In this document: positions 36,023-44,668 of the stretch, piece after piece
How positions within the stretch are numbered: position 1 is the stretch's first letter
Layout: every line of letters begins with the position of its first letter
Source: a virus
Virus record (IMG/VR): IMGVR_UViG_3300031566_000021
Strand: one strand, 5' to 3'
Length of the DNA stretch: 64,000 nt
Notes under the pieces: generated by a model
The model's input: the letters and a program-made list of their open reading frames with translations, nothing else
Told to the model about the DNA's origin: nothing
Databases searched by the model: none
Made by a program: the position numbers and the translations under genes

Positions 36023-36871
36023 ATGTCACGTACAATATCAGCCAATCTAGAAATCCACGTCGCAGAAGAGGCGACTACGCTTGCCACCCTATGGAAGGTG
36101 ACACGCGTCGACAGTGTTGTCTTCGGCTTTACCGATCACGATCAGGACATCGTCTACTTAGGTCTCACCTACAGCGCGTCCACAAGCTATCGGCGCAGTG
36201 CTATGCGAGCGAATCTTGGCCTGGAGGTCGACGACATGGAGATCCAGGGAGCCTTTGACTCGGCGGCGATTACGGAGGCTGATCTCCTAGCCGGACTTTG
36301 GGACTATGCCACTGTCGAGCAGTTCACTATCAACTGGTCCGATACGTCTCAGGGTGTAATCATAGGTCCTAAAGGTCGTCTAGGTGAAGTAAGTGTCAAC
36401 CGGAATAGTTTTAATGTCGAACTGCGAAGCCTGTCACAAGCTCTTCAACAGCCTGTAGGCCGCCTTTATATGCCCGCCTGTGATGCGGATCTAGGCGATG
36501 CTCGCTGCGCCTTTAATCTACCCTCCCTTCAGGTATCTGGAACGATTACAGGAATATCTAATCGGCGGATCTTCTTCGACACCTCTCGTGCAGAAGCTAC
36601 AGGCTACTTCGATCAAGGTAAGATCACCTGGACTTCGGGCAACAACAGTGGGTTCTCTGCCGAAGTGAAATACTTCCTAGTTACGGGAGGCCAGATCGAT
36701 CTACAGATGTCGCTGCCATACGACGTGCAGGTAGGCGACGGATACACAATGACGCCTGGATGCAATAAGACATTCGCGACCTGCATTTCGAAGTTCTCCA
36801 ACGGGGTTAACTTCCAGGGCTTCCCGCATATCCCCGGACTTGATAGAATGCTTAGCGGAGGACGAACATGA
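36023..36871 (+). CDS. tail hub protein (DUF2163, GTA-like)
   Basis: FGFTDHD, CDADLGDARC, GCNKTFATC..KFSN.VNFQGFPHIPG. Confidence 0.9.
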   Translation: MSRTISANLEIHVAEEATTLATLWKVTRVDSVVFGFTDHDQDIVYLGLTYSASTSYRRSAMRANLGLEVDDMEIQGAFDSAAITEADLLAGLWDYATVEQFTINWSDTSQGVIIGPKGRLGEVSVNRNSFNVELRSLSQALQQPVGRLYMPACDADLGDARCAFNLPSLQVSGTITGISNRRIFFDTSRAEATGYFDQGKITWTSGNNSGFSAEVKYFLVTGGQIDLQMSLPYDVQVGDGYTMTPGCNKTFATCISKFSNGVNFQGFPHIPGLDRMLSGGRT

Positions 36872-37284
36872 ACGGTATGGCGGTCGTTGAAGAGGCGCGC
36901 AAGTACCTCGGTAGTCCATTTAGACACCAAGGACGTACGCATACCGGTATAGATTGTGCTGGCCTAATAATTAAGGCCCTCAGCAATCTTGGGACCAACC
37001 TCTACGACGTGCCTGGTTACGGTAGACAACCCAAGGATAGTGAGCTCGAGGGACAGATGGATAAGCAGCTAGTACGCTTGTCTGCTCAGGAGTCGTGGCG
37101 GGTTGGTGACGTACTACTAATGAGATTTGGACTCGAGCCGCAACATGTAGCTCTGGTATCGCGTCTTGACCCAGTTTATATTCTGCACACGAATAGTAGT
37201 ATTGGTCGCGTAGTTGAGCATATCCTCGATCAAAGATGGCAGCGTCTCGTGGTATGTTCATATCGACTACCGGGAGTAAACTAG
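36868..37284 (+). CDS. tail tip NlpC/P60 peptidase
   Basis: YLGSPFRHQGR...DCAGL, QHVAL, VVEH. Confidence 0.9.
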   Translation: MNGMAVVEEARKYLGSPFRHQGRTHTGIDCAGLIIKALSNLGTNLYDVPGYGRQPKDSELEGQMDKQLVRLSAQESWRVGDVLLMRFGLEPQHVALVSRLDPVYILHTNSSIGRVVEHILDQRWQRLVVCSYRLPGVN

Positions 37285-37285
37285 G

Positions 37286-40200
37286 ATGGCTATACTTGCA
37301 TTAGGCGTAATAGGTGCGGGACTAGGTACGGCGGCACTTGGCGCTGGCGTAGTCGCGTTCGGGATGACCGGTACGGCAATTGGTTGGACTCTTGGTACCA
37401 TAGCCGGTTCGCTCCTGTTCCCACCGAAGGGTTCTCATACCTCGCAGCAAGGACCGCGCATCTCGGATAACAAGATCCAGACTAGTACTTACGGCCAAGC
37501 GATCCCAAAGGTATATGGTCGGGCACGGATCGCGGGCAACATCATCTGGTCGTCCGATATCATTGAGACCGCCCACGTAATCGTGCAGGAGTCAGGAGGA
37601 GGAGGCAAAGGCGGAGGTGGGGGCTCCTCACAAACCAGCACGACTTATACGTATCACATACACATCGCGATTGGTCTGTGTGAAGGCGCGATTGTTGGTG
37701 TGCGAAAGATCTGGGCTAACGGTCGGTTGATCTATAACATCGGCGACACTGTAGACGCGAATACAATCTATGCCTCGAACAAGCGGTCCGATGGGATAAC
37801 TGTTTATACCGGCGATACAACGCAGTTGCCGAGCTCTCTGATGGAGTCGTATCAAGGTGCTGGTAACGTGCCCGCGTACCGAAATCTAGCCTACGTTGTG
37901 TTCAACGACTTCCAGCTAGAGGACTTCGGTAATAATGTCCCTGCACTCGAATTCGAGGTCATATCTCAAGGGACGCTGACATTAGTGACGGGTGGCATCT
38001 CGGGCGCTACAGAATATTGGTCGCCGCCCTCTGATCAGGTCGGGGGATGTACCTTTGACTCATCAACAGCTGTTTCAGGAAATACTAACAACCGGTGTAC
38101 GCACGGTATTGACTCGAATGACTATTTCTCGTTCAGCCGCCTATGGGTAACCCTTTTCAATGGCCAGCATCACATGGTAGCGGAAATACGGCGTGACTTC
38201 AATGGGGCAGGATTTAACGACCAGCGTCCCAGCGTCATAGTAGATAACATCATAGCAACAACATACTTCTACGGTGGTGGTAGGAGTATGAGGACTGGTG
38301 GAATCATGCAAGGCGATCGGAAATACCTTGTCTGGACAGACAACTTCGCAACGGGGTGGAGTGCAGGTAAGCTGTGGATGAGTTGGGACATGGACAATAA
38401 CGTACTGAAACAGATTGAAGGTCCCGGCACTATTGGGTCGTCATGGACACCAATAATGTCCTGTGCTAGATATGGCAACCACCTCTATGTGAAGTGCTGG
38501 GTCTGGAACGGTTGGGCCTGCAACCTCTTCTATGTTGATATGTCAGCTCCCTACCCAGCTGCCGTTATACTTTCTGCGAGTGGGGTAAATGTCGGCGACT
38601 ACCTATTCGCGGACGTAGTCGGTCTACACATAGGGAAGGGGCCCGATGGTGGTCACGCCAGTTTCGGTTTTAAGAGCTACGCGCACGGGACACTTACGGA
38701 GATCGCATCAATTGCCGCAGCTCAGGGCACGACTCTGACGGGTATGGAACGTCTCGATGACGGAGCGTTCATCACGGAAGAGCGCAGCTCTTTATGGCAT
38801 ACTTCCATAGGTGGGGTGCGTACGAACCTCGGCACCGTCCCAGCTCAGTACTTCTCCTCATGGGCATACGGGGCATATAAGAACGGAGTCTGGGGTACTG
38901 CCGATCACGAGCCATCTTCAGGTATAGTTAACAAGTGGTACGGGGTGGCAGTATCGTCTACTGGTACAATAGCTCTCTCGGTCATAGTGCAGGATCTCTG
39001 CCTGCAAAGTGGCTTATTAGCAGGAGACATTAACGTAGCGGCCCTTACGGATCAAGTACGTGGTTATGTAAAAGGTTCCCGTGTTTCTTTACGGGCAGCA
39101 CTCGAGCCGCTTATGATCGCGTACAGTTTCGACGGACTGGAGTCGGATGGTAAGGTGAAATTTGTTAAGCGTGGTGGAGCTGTTGCAGCTACCTTCGACA
39201 ACGATGACCTTGCCGCTCATGAGTCTGGTAGCGACATACCTGCTCAGGTATTGGTAACCAGGCAATCTGATCTAGAAATGCCTGACGAGATAACCGTAGC
39301 TTTCATCAACGAGAATGCCAACTACGAGCAGGGAGCGCAATACGCTCGTCGTACAGTTCCTGCTTCTAACTCCCAGGTTAGCGTTGAGCTGCCAGTCGTT
39401 CTATCCGACAATGAAGCTCGCCAGATTGCTGAGCGTGTGTTGTACTCACTTTGGCAGTCTCGACAGGATTACAGGTGGTCTACCAGCAGGAAGTACGTGA
39501 AGTACGATCCTGCCGACGTCATCAACCTTCCGGTAACAGGAGAGAACAAGCAGGTCCGGATTCGGCAGAGGGATGAAGGGGCTAATGGTATTGTTCAGTG
39601 GGAAGGATCGGGGGAAGATGCTGCGGTGTATACGCAGACTCTAATCGCGCAGACTCCTCTGGATCCGATATCTGCAGTGTCCTCTCAAGGACCTACTGAC
39701 TTCCGGTTATTAGATATTCCTCTCCTAAGAGCGTCCGATAACAGTTACGGCTTTTATGCTGCTGCTGCTGGTCTTATGGCTGCATGGAAGGGTGGAGTTG
39801 CTCACATTGCGCGCGACGGGATTGCGTACCTCGCAATACCAGAAGGAGTCTTTCTTGGATCGGCTACTATGGGGAAGGCTACTTTAGTCTTAGCAACTGT
39901 TACTAATCCTCATCAGTGGGACGAGGCTAAGACCGTCAATGTTGAGTTGACCTCTGGCGCCTTGTCTAGCGTAACTCGAGCACAGGCTCTAACAGGCCAA
40001 AATGTCATCCTACTCGGGACCGAAGTTATCCTATTCACGGATGCTACTCTCGTTTCCGGCACAACGTACAAACTCAGCGGTATGTTACGAGGGCGTTTAG
40101 GTACCGATATCTTCATGGGCGATCACGCGATCGGGGAGAGTTTCGTTCTGCTAAATGCTACCTACCTGCGCTTCCTGCCAATGGTCAGCTCCGATGTAGG

Positions 40201-40612
40201 TCAGCTGTATCCTTGGAAGTGTCCTTCCTTTACCCAGGTGATAACAGATGCCACTGCTATCTCGGCTACATACCAAGGGAACAATCTTAAACCTCTACAT
40301 CCAGTACACGTAGCAGGAGGGAGGAACCACCTCAGTGACATCATCATCAAGTGGGCCCGACAGACTCGACTCCCAGCCGTAATGCGCGACTATGTAGACG
40401 CTCCCCTCGGTGAGGATACAGAGAGCTACGAGGTAGATATCATGAGCGGATCTACTGTGAAGAGGACACTTGCCAGCTCTACTAAGACCGTTACATACTT
40501 ATCAGCCGACCAGACTACCGACTTCGGGGCACCCCAGAGTAGCCTCGTGATCAATGTATACCAGCTATCTGCCCAAGTGGGTAGGGGCTTCGCCGAGAAC
40601 GAGACCGTCTAG
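37286..40612 (+). CDS. central tail/host-specificity protein (GTA megatron or J-like)
   Basis: STYG..IPKVYG..RIAGNIIW, PAYRNLAYVVF, LRGRLGT; non-conserved internal domain at ~37980-38950. Confidence 0.88.
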   Translation: MAILALGVIGAGLGTAALGAGVVAFGMTGTAIGWTLGTIAGSLLFPPKGSHTSQQGPRISDNKIQTSTYGQAIPKVYGRARIAGNIIWSSDIIETAHVIVQESGGGGKGGGGGSSQTSTTYTYHIHIAIGLCEGAIVGVRKIWANGRLIYNIGDTVDANTIYASNKRSDGITVYTGDTTQLPSSLMESYQGAGNVPAYRNLAYVVFNDFQLEDFGNNVPALEFEVISQGTLTLVTGGISGATEYWSPPSDQVGGCTFDSSTAVSGNTNNRCTHGIDSNDYFSFSRLWVTLFNGQHHMVAEIRRDFNGAGFNDQRPSVIVDNIIATTYFYGGGRSMRTGGIMQGDRKYLVWTDNFATGWSAGKLWMSWDMDNNVLKQIEGPGTIGSSWTPIMSCARYGNHLYVKCWVWNGWACNLFYVDMSAPYPAAVILSASGVNVGDYLFADVVGLHIGKGPDGGHASFGFKSYAHGTLTEIASIAAAQGTTLTGMERLDDGAFITEERSSLWHTSIGGVRTNLGTVPAQYFSSWAYGAYKNGVWGTADHEPSSGIVNKWYGVAVSSTGTIALSVIVQDLCLQSGLLAGDINVAALTDQVRGYVKGSRVSLRAALEPLMIAYSFDGLESDGKVKFVKRGGAVAATFDNDDLAAHESGSDIPAQVLVTRQSDLEMPDEITVAFINENANYEQGAQYARRTVPASNSQVSVELPVVLSDNEARQIAERVLYSLWQSRQDYRWSTSRKYVKYDPADVINLPVTGENKQVRIRQRDEGANGIVQWEGSGEDAAVYTQTLIAQTPLDPISAVSSQGPTDFRLLDIPLLRASDNSYGFYAAAAGLMAAWKGGVAHIARDGIAYLAIPEGVFLGSATMGKATLVLATVTNPHQWDEAKTVNVELTSGALSSVTRAQALTGQNVILLGTEVILFTDATLVSGTTYKLSGMLRGRLGTDIFMGDHAIGESFVLLNATYLRFLPMVSSDVGQLYPWKCPSFTQVITDATAISATYQGNNLKPLHPVHVAGGRNHLSDIIIKWARQTRLPAVMRDYVDAPLGEDTESYEVDIMSGSTVKRTLASSTKTVTYLSADQTTDFGAPQSSLVINVYQLSAQVGRGFAENETV

Positions 40613-40620
40613 GAGACATT

Positions 40621-41736
40621 ATGACCACTCTTACCCAACTGACAGAAGCTCAGGCAGGCAAAACCACCACGATCAACGAGATCCTCACTACCCTCCAATG
40701 GGCAGGGATATTTGCTCGTAACTACACTACGTCTGCTGGATTGACGCACCAGTACTTCGGGGGCTACATTTACGTCGATGGTGTACCTACCTTAAAGAGC
40801 AATAGCAGTGTCGCTCTGACCAATGCTACGAACTACGTCGAGGTCGATCGCGCAGGTACTATTAGTGTCAACACGAGTGGCTTTACTGCTGGGCAGATTC
40901 CGCTCTATGTGATCGTCGCTGCTGGCGGGGTCGTCTCAACTATTACCGACTGGCGTCCTTGGAGCATCCGGGTAATGGAATCGCGGCTATCCAAAGCCAT
41001 AGGCGGTTCTGGCGCCGTTACTCTGACAGACGACGAAGCCCGAGTCAAGATCCTTGAGTTCACTGGAGCCTTATCAGGCAATCGCTCTGTGGAGGTTCCT
41101 TCAGCTGTCTGGGACTACGTCGTCTTCAACAATACGACCGGCGACTTCACTCTTACGGTCCTAGTGAATGGTCAAACAGGAATCGTGATCCCGAGAGGGG
41201 CTACGATGTACTTGTACGTGAATAACACGGACGTGAAAGCTGAACCGGTTGCTTTCGAGATCGGCGCAGCTAACATCGGAGCCTTCGCTGTCTTGAAGGC
41301 TAGTGTCGATACTACGCAGGTCGGAAACATCGGTGTAGGAGAGGACGACCTCATCACTTACAGCCTACCTGCCGATGCAATGAGTGTAGCAGGTAAGGGA
41401 GTCCGTATCACAGCTTGGGGCACCTTCCCCAACAATGCGGATACCAAGACGCTGAAGATCTACTTCGGCTCGCAAGTCATCTTGACATATGCCTTCACCG
41501 TTAGTATCGACGGTGCTTGGAGGGCTGTCGCTGAGGTATTCTCTACAGGAACAGATACGCAGGACTACGTCGCTCAGTTGAACGTGTTCGAGACTACTCC
41601 CGCCAGTGCTATCGATATCGAAACCGGTACCGCTACGCAGGATGATGGAGCTGCCATTACGATCAAGTGCACTGGCGAAGCAACCAGTGATAACGACATC
41701 GTACAACTGGGACAGCTAGTCGAGTTCCTAAACTAA
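40621..41736 (+). CDS. tail fibre or tail-associated protein (DUF2793-like N-terminus)
   Basis: L..AQAGK..TINE.L..L start, last tail gene. Confidence 0.6.
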   Translation: MTTLTQLTEAQAGKTTTINEILTTLQWAGIFARNYTTSAGLTHQYFGGYIYVDGVPTLKSNSSVALTNATNYVEVDRAGTISVNTSGFTAGQIPLYVIVAAGGVVSTITDWRPWSIRVMESRLSKAIGGSGAVTLTDDEARVKILEFTGALSGNRSVEVPSAVWDYVVFNNTTGDFTLTVLVNGQTGIVIPRGATMYLYVNNTDVKAEPVAFEIGAANIGAFAVLKASVDTTQVGNIGVGEDDLITYSLPADAMSVAGKGVRITAWGTFPNNADTKTLKIYFGSQVILTYAFTVSIDGAWRAVAEVFSTGTDTQDYVAQLNVFETTPASAIDIETGTATQDDGAAITIKCTGEATSDNDIVQLGQLVEFLN

Positions 41737-41745
41737 GGAGTACCT

Positions 41746-42093
41746 GTGCTAACAGAAATTGCAGCTGCTGTCGGGCTTAAGGTGGGGGGGCTATTAGCTG
41801 CCATCTTTGGTGCGCTGGTTAGTATCCCCTTTATCCCATCCCCGTACGAGGAGCGCGGCAAGGCCTCCATATACAAGACCTCCGTTCTAGGTTGTGGAAT
41901 ATTATCAGCTATCTATGTCGGACCTTTAGTAGTCCACTACACTGAATTAGCCAAGGCGGAGAACGCAATCATCTTTCTGACCGGAACCTTCTTCATGTCG
42001 TTCGCAACAGCTATCCATAAAGCGGCCCAACAAGCCGACCTCAGGATGCTCAGCGAGATGTTGAAGACATGGTTCACGGGTCCGAAGAAGTAG
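41746..42093 (+). CDS. putative holin
   Basis: Three hydrophobic segments, basic C-terminus, first gene of the lysis cassette. Confidence 0.6.
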   Translation: MLTEIAAAVGLKVGGLLAAIFGALVSIPFIPSPYEERGKASIYKTSVLGCGILSAIYVGPLVVHYTELAKAENAIIFLTGTFFMSFATAIHKAAQQADLRMLSEMLKTWFTGPKK

Positions 42094-42103
42094 AGGGGTC
42101 GCT

Positions 42104-42553
42104 ATGTATGATCAATTAGGTTTAACCTTCATGCAGGTCTTAGGAGTGTCTTCGGCGGTTATCATATTCGTGATAGCTGTTACTCTGGTTCTACACCGAG
42201 ACTACGATGATGGCCTAATCGGTAAACTAGCTCTAAGTGGTCTTGTCATTGCTACGTTGGGCCCCTTGTGGGAGCACTTCCATGCTGGGATACGTTATAA
42301 CTTGCTACAGACAACCCTCCTGTTGTACGTGTCCATAGCCCTCTTCCTAATGAGACATGTTTGGCGCTTCAACAGGTACCTAAAGTGCGGAGCCTTCTCG
42401 TGGAGCTCTAGTAATATCCAGCGGAGGAGGATAGCTAGGGAGGCTAAAGGTGAAACTAAGAAACGACCAAGCTATTTCAACATGGGCAAACAGATTGTCT
42501 GGACTGCTCTTGTAATCGCTGGCCTGTACCTAATTACCGAAGGAGGCTGGTAA
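42104..42553 (+). CDS. membrane protein (holin or antiholin candidate)
   Basis: 3-4 hydrophobic segments. Confidence 0.6.
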   Translation: MYDQLGLTFMQVLGVSSAVIIFVIAVTLVLHRDYDDGLIGKLALSGLVIATLGPLWEHFHAGIRYNLLQTTLLLYVSIALFLMRHVWRFNRYLKCGAFSWSSSNIQRRRIAREAKGETKKRPSYFNMGKQIVWTALVIAGLYLITEGGW

Positions 42554-43050
42554 TGCGACAGATCAAGGCAATCGTTATTCACTGTGCCGCGACCCCAGAT
42601 GGCGATGCTAGGTTCGATCGTACCTGGTGTGATATACTACACCGTAAGAAGGGCTGGCGTATGATCGGCTACCACCGCTACATCGAGATTAGCGGGTTGG
42701 TTGTCGTCGGGCGTAAGCTCAAAGAGATCGGCGCACACGTGTCAGGACAGAACAGCCGCACAGTTGGAATCTGCATAGCTGGCATGAGTCGCTTCACGCT
42801 CCCTCAATGGGAGTCACTTGCCAACCAGGTGAACGATTTACAAGACCTGTATCCTACTGCGGAGGTGAAAGGACACAGGGACTACTCCCCGGATCTCAAT
42901 GGCGACGGTATCATCGAGCCGTGGGAGTACATGAAAGAGTGTCCATGCTTCGATGTAGCAACCTGGCTTGCCGGAGCTAAGCAACCTCTAGCGGGTCATA
43001 TATTCGTCCCTGATAACCAAGGAGAAGATAATGTCCCTCAAGTCCCTTAA
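42553..43050 (+). CDS. N-acetylmuramoyl-L-alanine amidase (T7 lysozyme-like endolysin)
   Basis: IVIHC, IGYH, GAHV.G.N..TVGIC, GHRD, K.CPCFDV zinc ligands. Confidence 0.92.
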   Translation: MRQIKAIVIHCAATPDGDARFDRTWCDILHRKKGWRMIGYHRYIEISGLVVVGRKLKEIGAHVSGQNSRTVGICIAGMSRFTLPQWESLANQVNDLQDLYPTAEVKGHRDYSPDLNGDGIIEPWEYMKECPCFDVATWLAGAKQPLAGHIFVPDNQGEDNVPQVP

Positions 43051-43210
43051 GACTAGCTGGACCGCATGGTGGAACAAGTACCTATCGCTGGATGGGACAG
43101 TCGATTCATACCTCATGCGGTTTATCAGCTGGAAGTACTCGACAGGTATCGTCGTAGTGATTCTGATCCTTGCAGCCATCGGGGCAGTAGTGATCTCGAA
43201 GTCGGGCTGA
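43031..43210 (+). CDS. 59-aa single-pass membrane protein (not in ORF track)
   Basis: AAGGAG RBS; MSLKSLKTSWTAWWNKY...GIVVVILILAAIGAVVISKSG. Confidence 0.55.
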   Translation: MSLKSLKTSWTAWWNKYLSLDGTVDSYLMRFISWKYSTGIVVVILILAAIGAVVISKSG

Positions 43211-43258
43211 AGTAGCCTCTAGTTATCTTAGTCATGCACCAGTCAAGGAGTCAATCAG

Positions 43259-43909
43259 ATGCAAGTTGCAACCAGAGTACAGATGGTCGATATCATACCG
43301 GAAAGCGAGTATGTCATCGATCAGTACCTTAGCCATTTGAACGAGGCGTTTGAGCGCTTCGAGGTCAACACGCCTTTAAGGCAGGCGGCTTTCATTGCCC
43401 AGATCGGCCATGAGAGTATTAGGATGACCCAGATCGAGGAGAATCTGAACTACTCCGCGAATGGGTTACTTCGGACGTTTCCTGACTACTTCACACCGGA
43501 GTCCTCGAAGGAGTTTGCATACAAGCCGATGCGGATTGCTAATCGGGTGTATGCTAACCGAGGCGGTAATGGTCCTGAGGATTCGGGCGACGGCTGGAGA
43601 TATCGTGGTAGAGGTCTCATCCGGATCCACTACCAAAGAGCCTACATGCTTGCGAGTAAGAGGCTGACTGGTAAGCCGAACTTCTTTACCGACGATCCCA
43701 ATCTGGTTTTCCAGCCTGAGTGGTCTGTTAGAACGGCGTTCGACTTCTGGGAGGCCAATGAGCTCACTCCTTATGCCGACCGAAACTCGGCTATCGAGAT
43801 GCGCAACATGACTCGTAAGATTAACCGGGGACTTCGAGGATTAGACGATCGTCTGTTCTTGTGGCGTCGTGCTAAGGACATCTTCGGCGCTCCCCCAGAA
43901 GAGGAGTAA
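43259..43909 (+). CDS. glycoside hydrolase family 19 endolysin-like protein
   Basis: AAFIAQIGHES, EENLNYS, IANRVYANR.GNG, GDGWRYRGRGL. Confidence 0.88.
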   Translation: MQVATRVQMVDIIPESEYVIDQYLSHLNEAFERFEVNTPLRQAAFIAQIGHESIRMTQIEENLNYSANGLLRTFPDYFTPESSKEFAYKPMRIANRVYANRGGNGPEDSGDGWRYRGRGLIRIHYQRAYMLASKRLTGKPNFFTDDPNLVFQPEWSVRTAFDFWEANELTPYADRNSAIEMRNMTRKINRGLRGLDDRLFLWRRAKDIFGAPPEEE

Positions 43910-43914
43910 TCGTC

Positions 43915-44568
43915 ATGTTCGGATTTGGAATAGGTGAGATACTTACCATCTTCGGTGGTGGGGCTGCCGCTCTTGTCCCCAGTATCATTGGGAAGTTCTT
44001 CGTTGGTGGTGGTGCGACCTTCCCTATACTCATAGTCGTAGGACTATTGGGTGCTGCCGGAGGGTGGTATGTCACGAAGGCGTTCTGGAATGCCAGTGAA
44101 AAGGCGGCTGTGGAAATGGCCCTTGCGGATAGAGAGGTTCGTTTCCATACAGTCATCCAAACCGAGTATGTCTTCAAAGACAGGGTCAAGAAGGTATACG
44201 TAAAGGGAGAGGAGATTATCCGAAATGTTCCCGTCATCATTACCGAGAAGGTTGAGAAAGCTTGCCCTACTGGCCTCCCTAATGGTTATGTTAGGGTGCA
44301 CGACGGTGCCGCTCGAAACGAAGCTACCAGTGGCGCCACCGACACTGACGGAGATCCCGCAGGAGTTACGCTTACTCAAGCCGGACAAACTGTCGGAGAA
44401 AACTACAGGTCGTACAACGTCTGTCGAGAGCAAGTGATTGGCTGGAACGCTTTCTACACGTGTCTCCGCAAGCTAGGATACGAAGCTGACGAGAAGGATG
44501 TTATATCCTGTATCAAGGCTGAAAGTAACCTGCTGGACAGGGGGCTAGGAACACTAGATTCCCGTTGA
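43915..44568 (+). CDS. Rz: inner-membrane spanin (Rz-like)
   Basis: N-terminal TM, C..P.GYVRVHDGAA, NY...C; hosts an embedded lipoprotein gene. Confidence 0.75.
   Translation: MFGFGIGEILTIFGGGAAALVPSIIGKFFVGGGATFPILIVVGLLGAAGGWYVTKAFWNASEKAAVEMALADREVRFHTVIQTEYVFKDRVKKVYVKGEEIIRNVPVIITEKVEKACPTGLPNGYVRVHDGAARNEATSGATDTDGDPAGVTLTQAGQTVGENYRSYNVCREQVIGWNAFYTCLRKLGYEADEKDVISCIKAESNLLDRGLGTLDSR
44225..44437 (+). CDS. Rz1: outer-membrane lipoprotein spanin (Rz1-like), embedded in +1 frame
   Basis: Basic N-region RRLRK, hydrophobic core, LG|C lipobox-like site, Pro-rich mature part. Confidence 0.7.
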   Translation: MFPSSLPRRLRKLALLASLMVMLGCTTVPLETKLPVAPPTLTEIPQELRLLKPDKLSEKTTGRTTSVESK

Positions 44569-44594
44569 AGGACCACAGGCAATTGCTTTATAAT
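44565..44594 (+). promoter_or_regulatory. promoter of primase-helicase
   Basis: TTGAAG-18-TATAAT. Confidence 0.7.
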
Positions 44595-44668
44595 ATCCTT
44601 AGTGTTGTCCTTTTAGTAGCACTCAGGATGGGTAGAGCAGCACTACAATCAGGTCATGCGGAGGGGAC

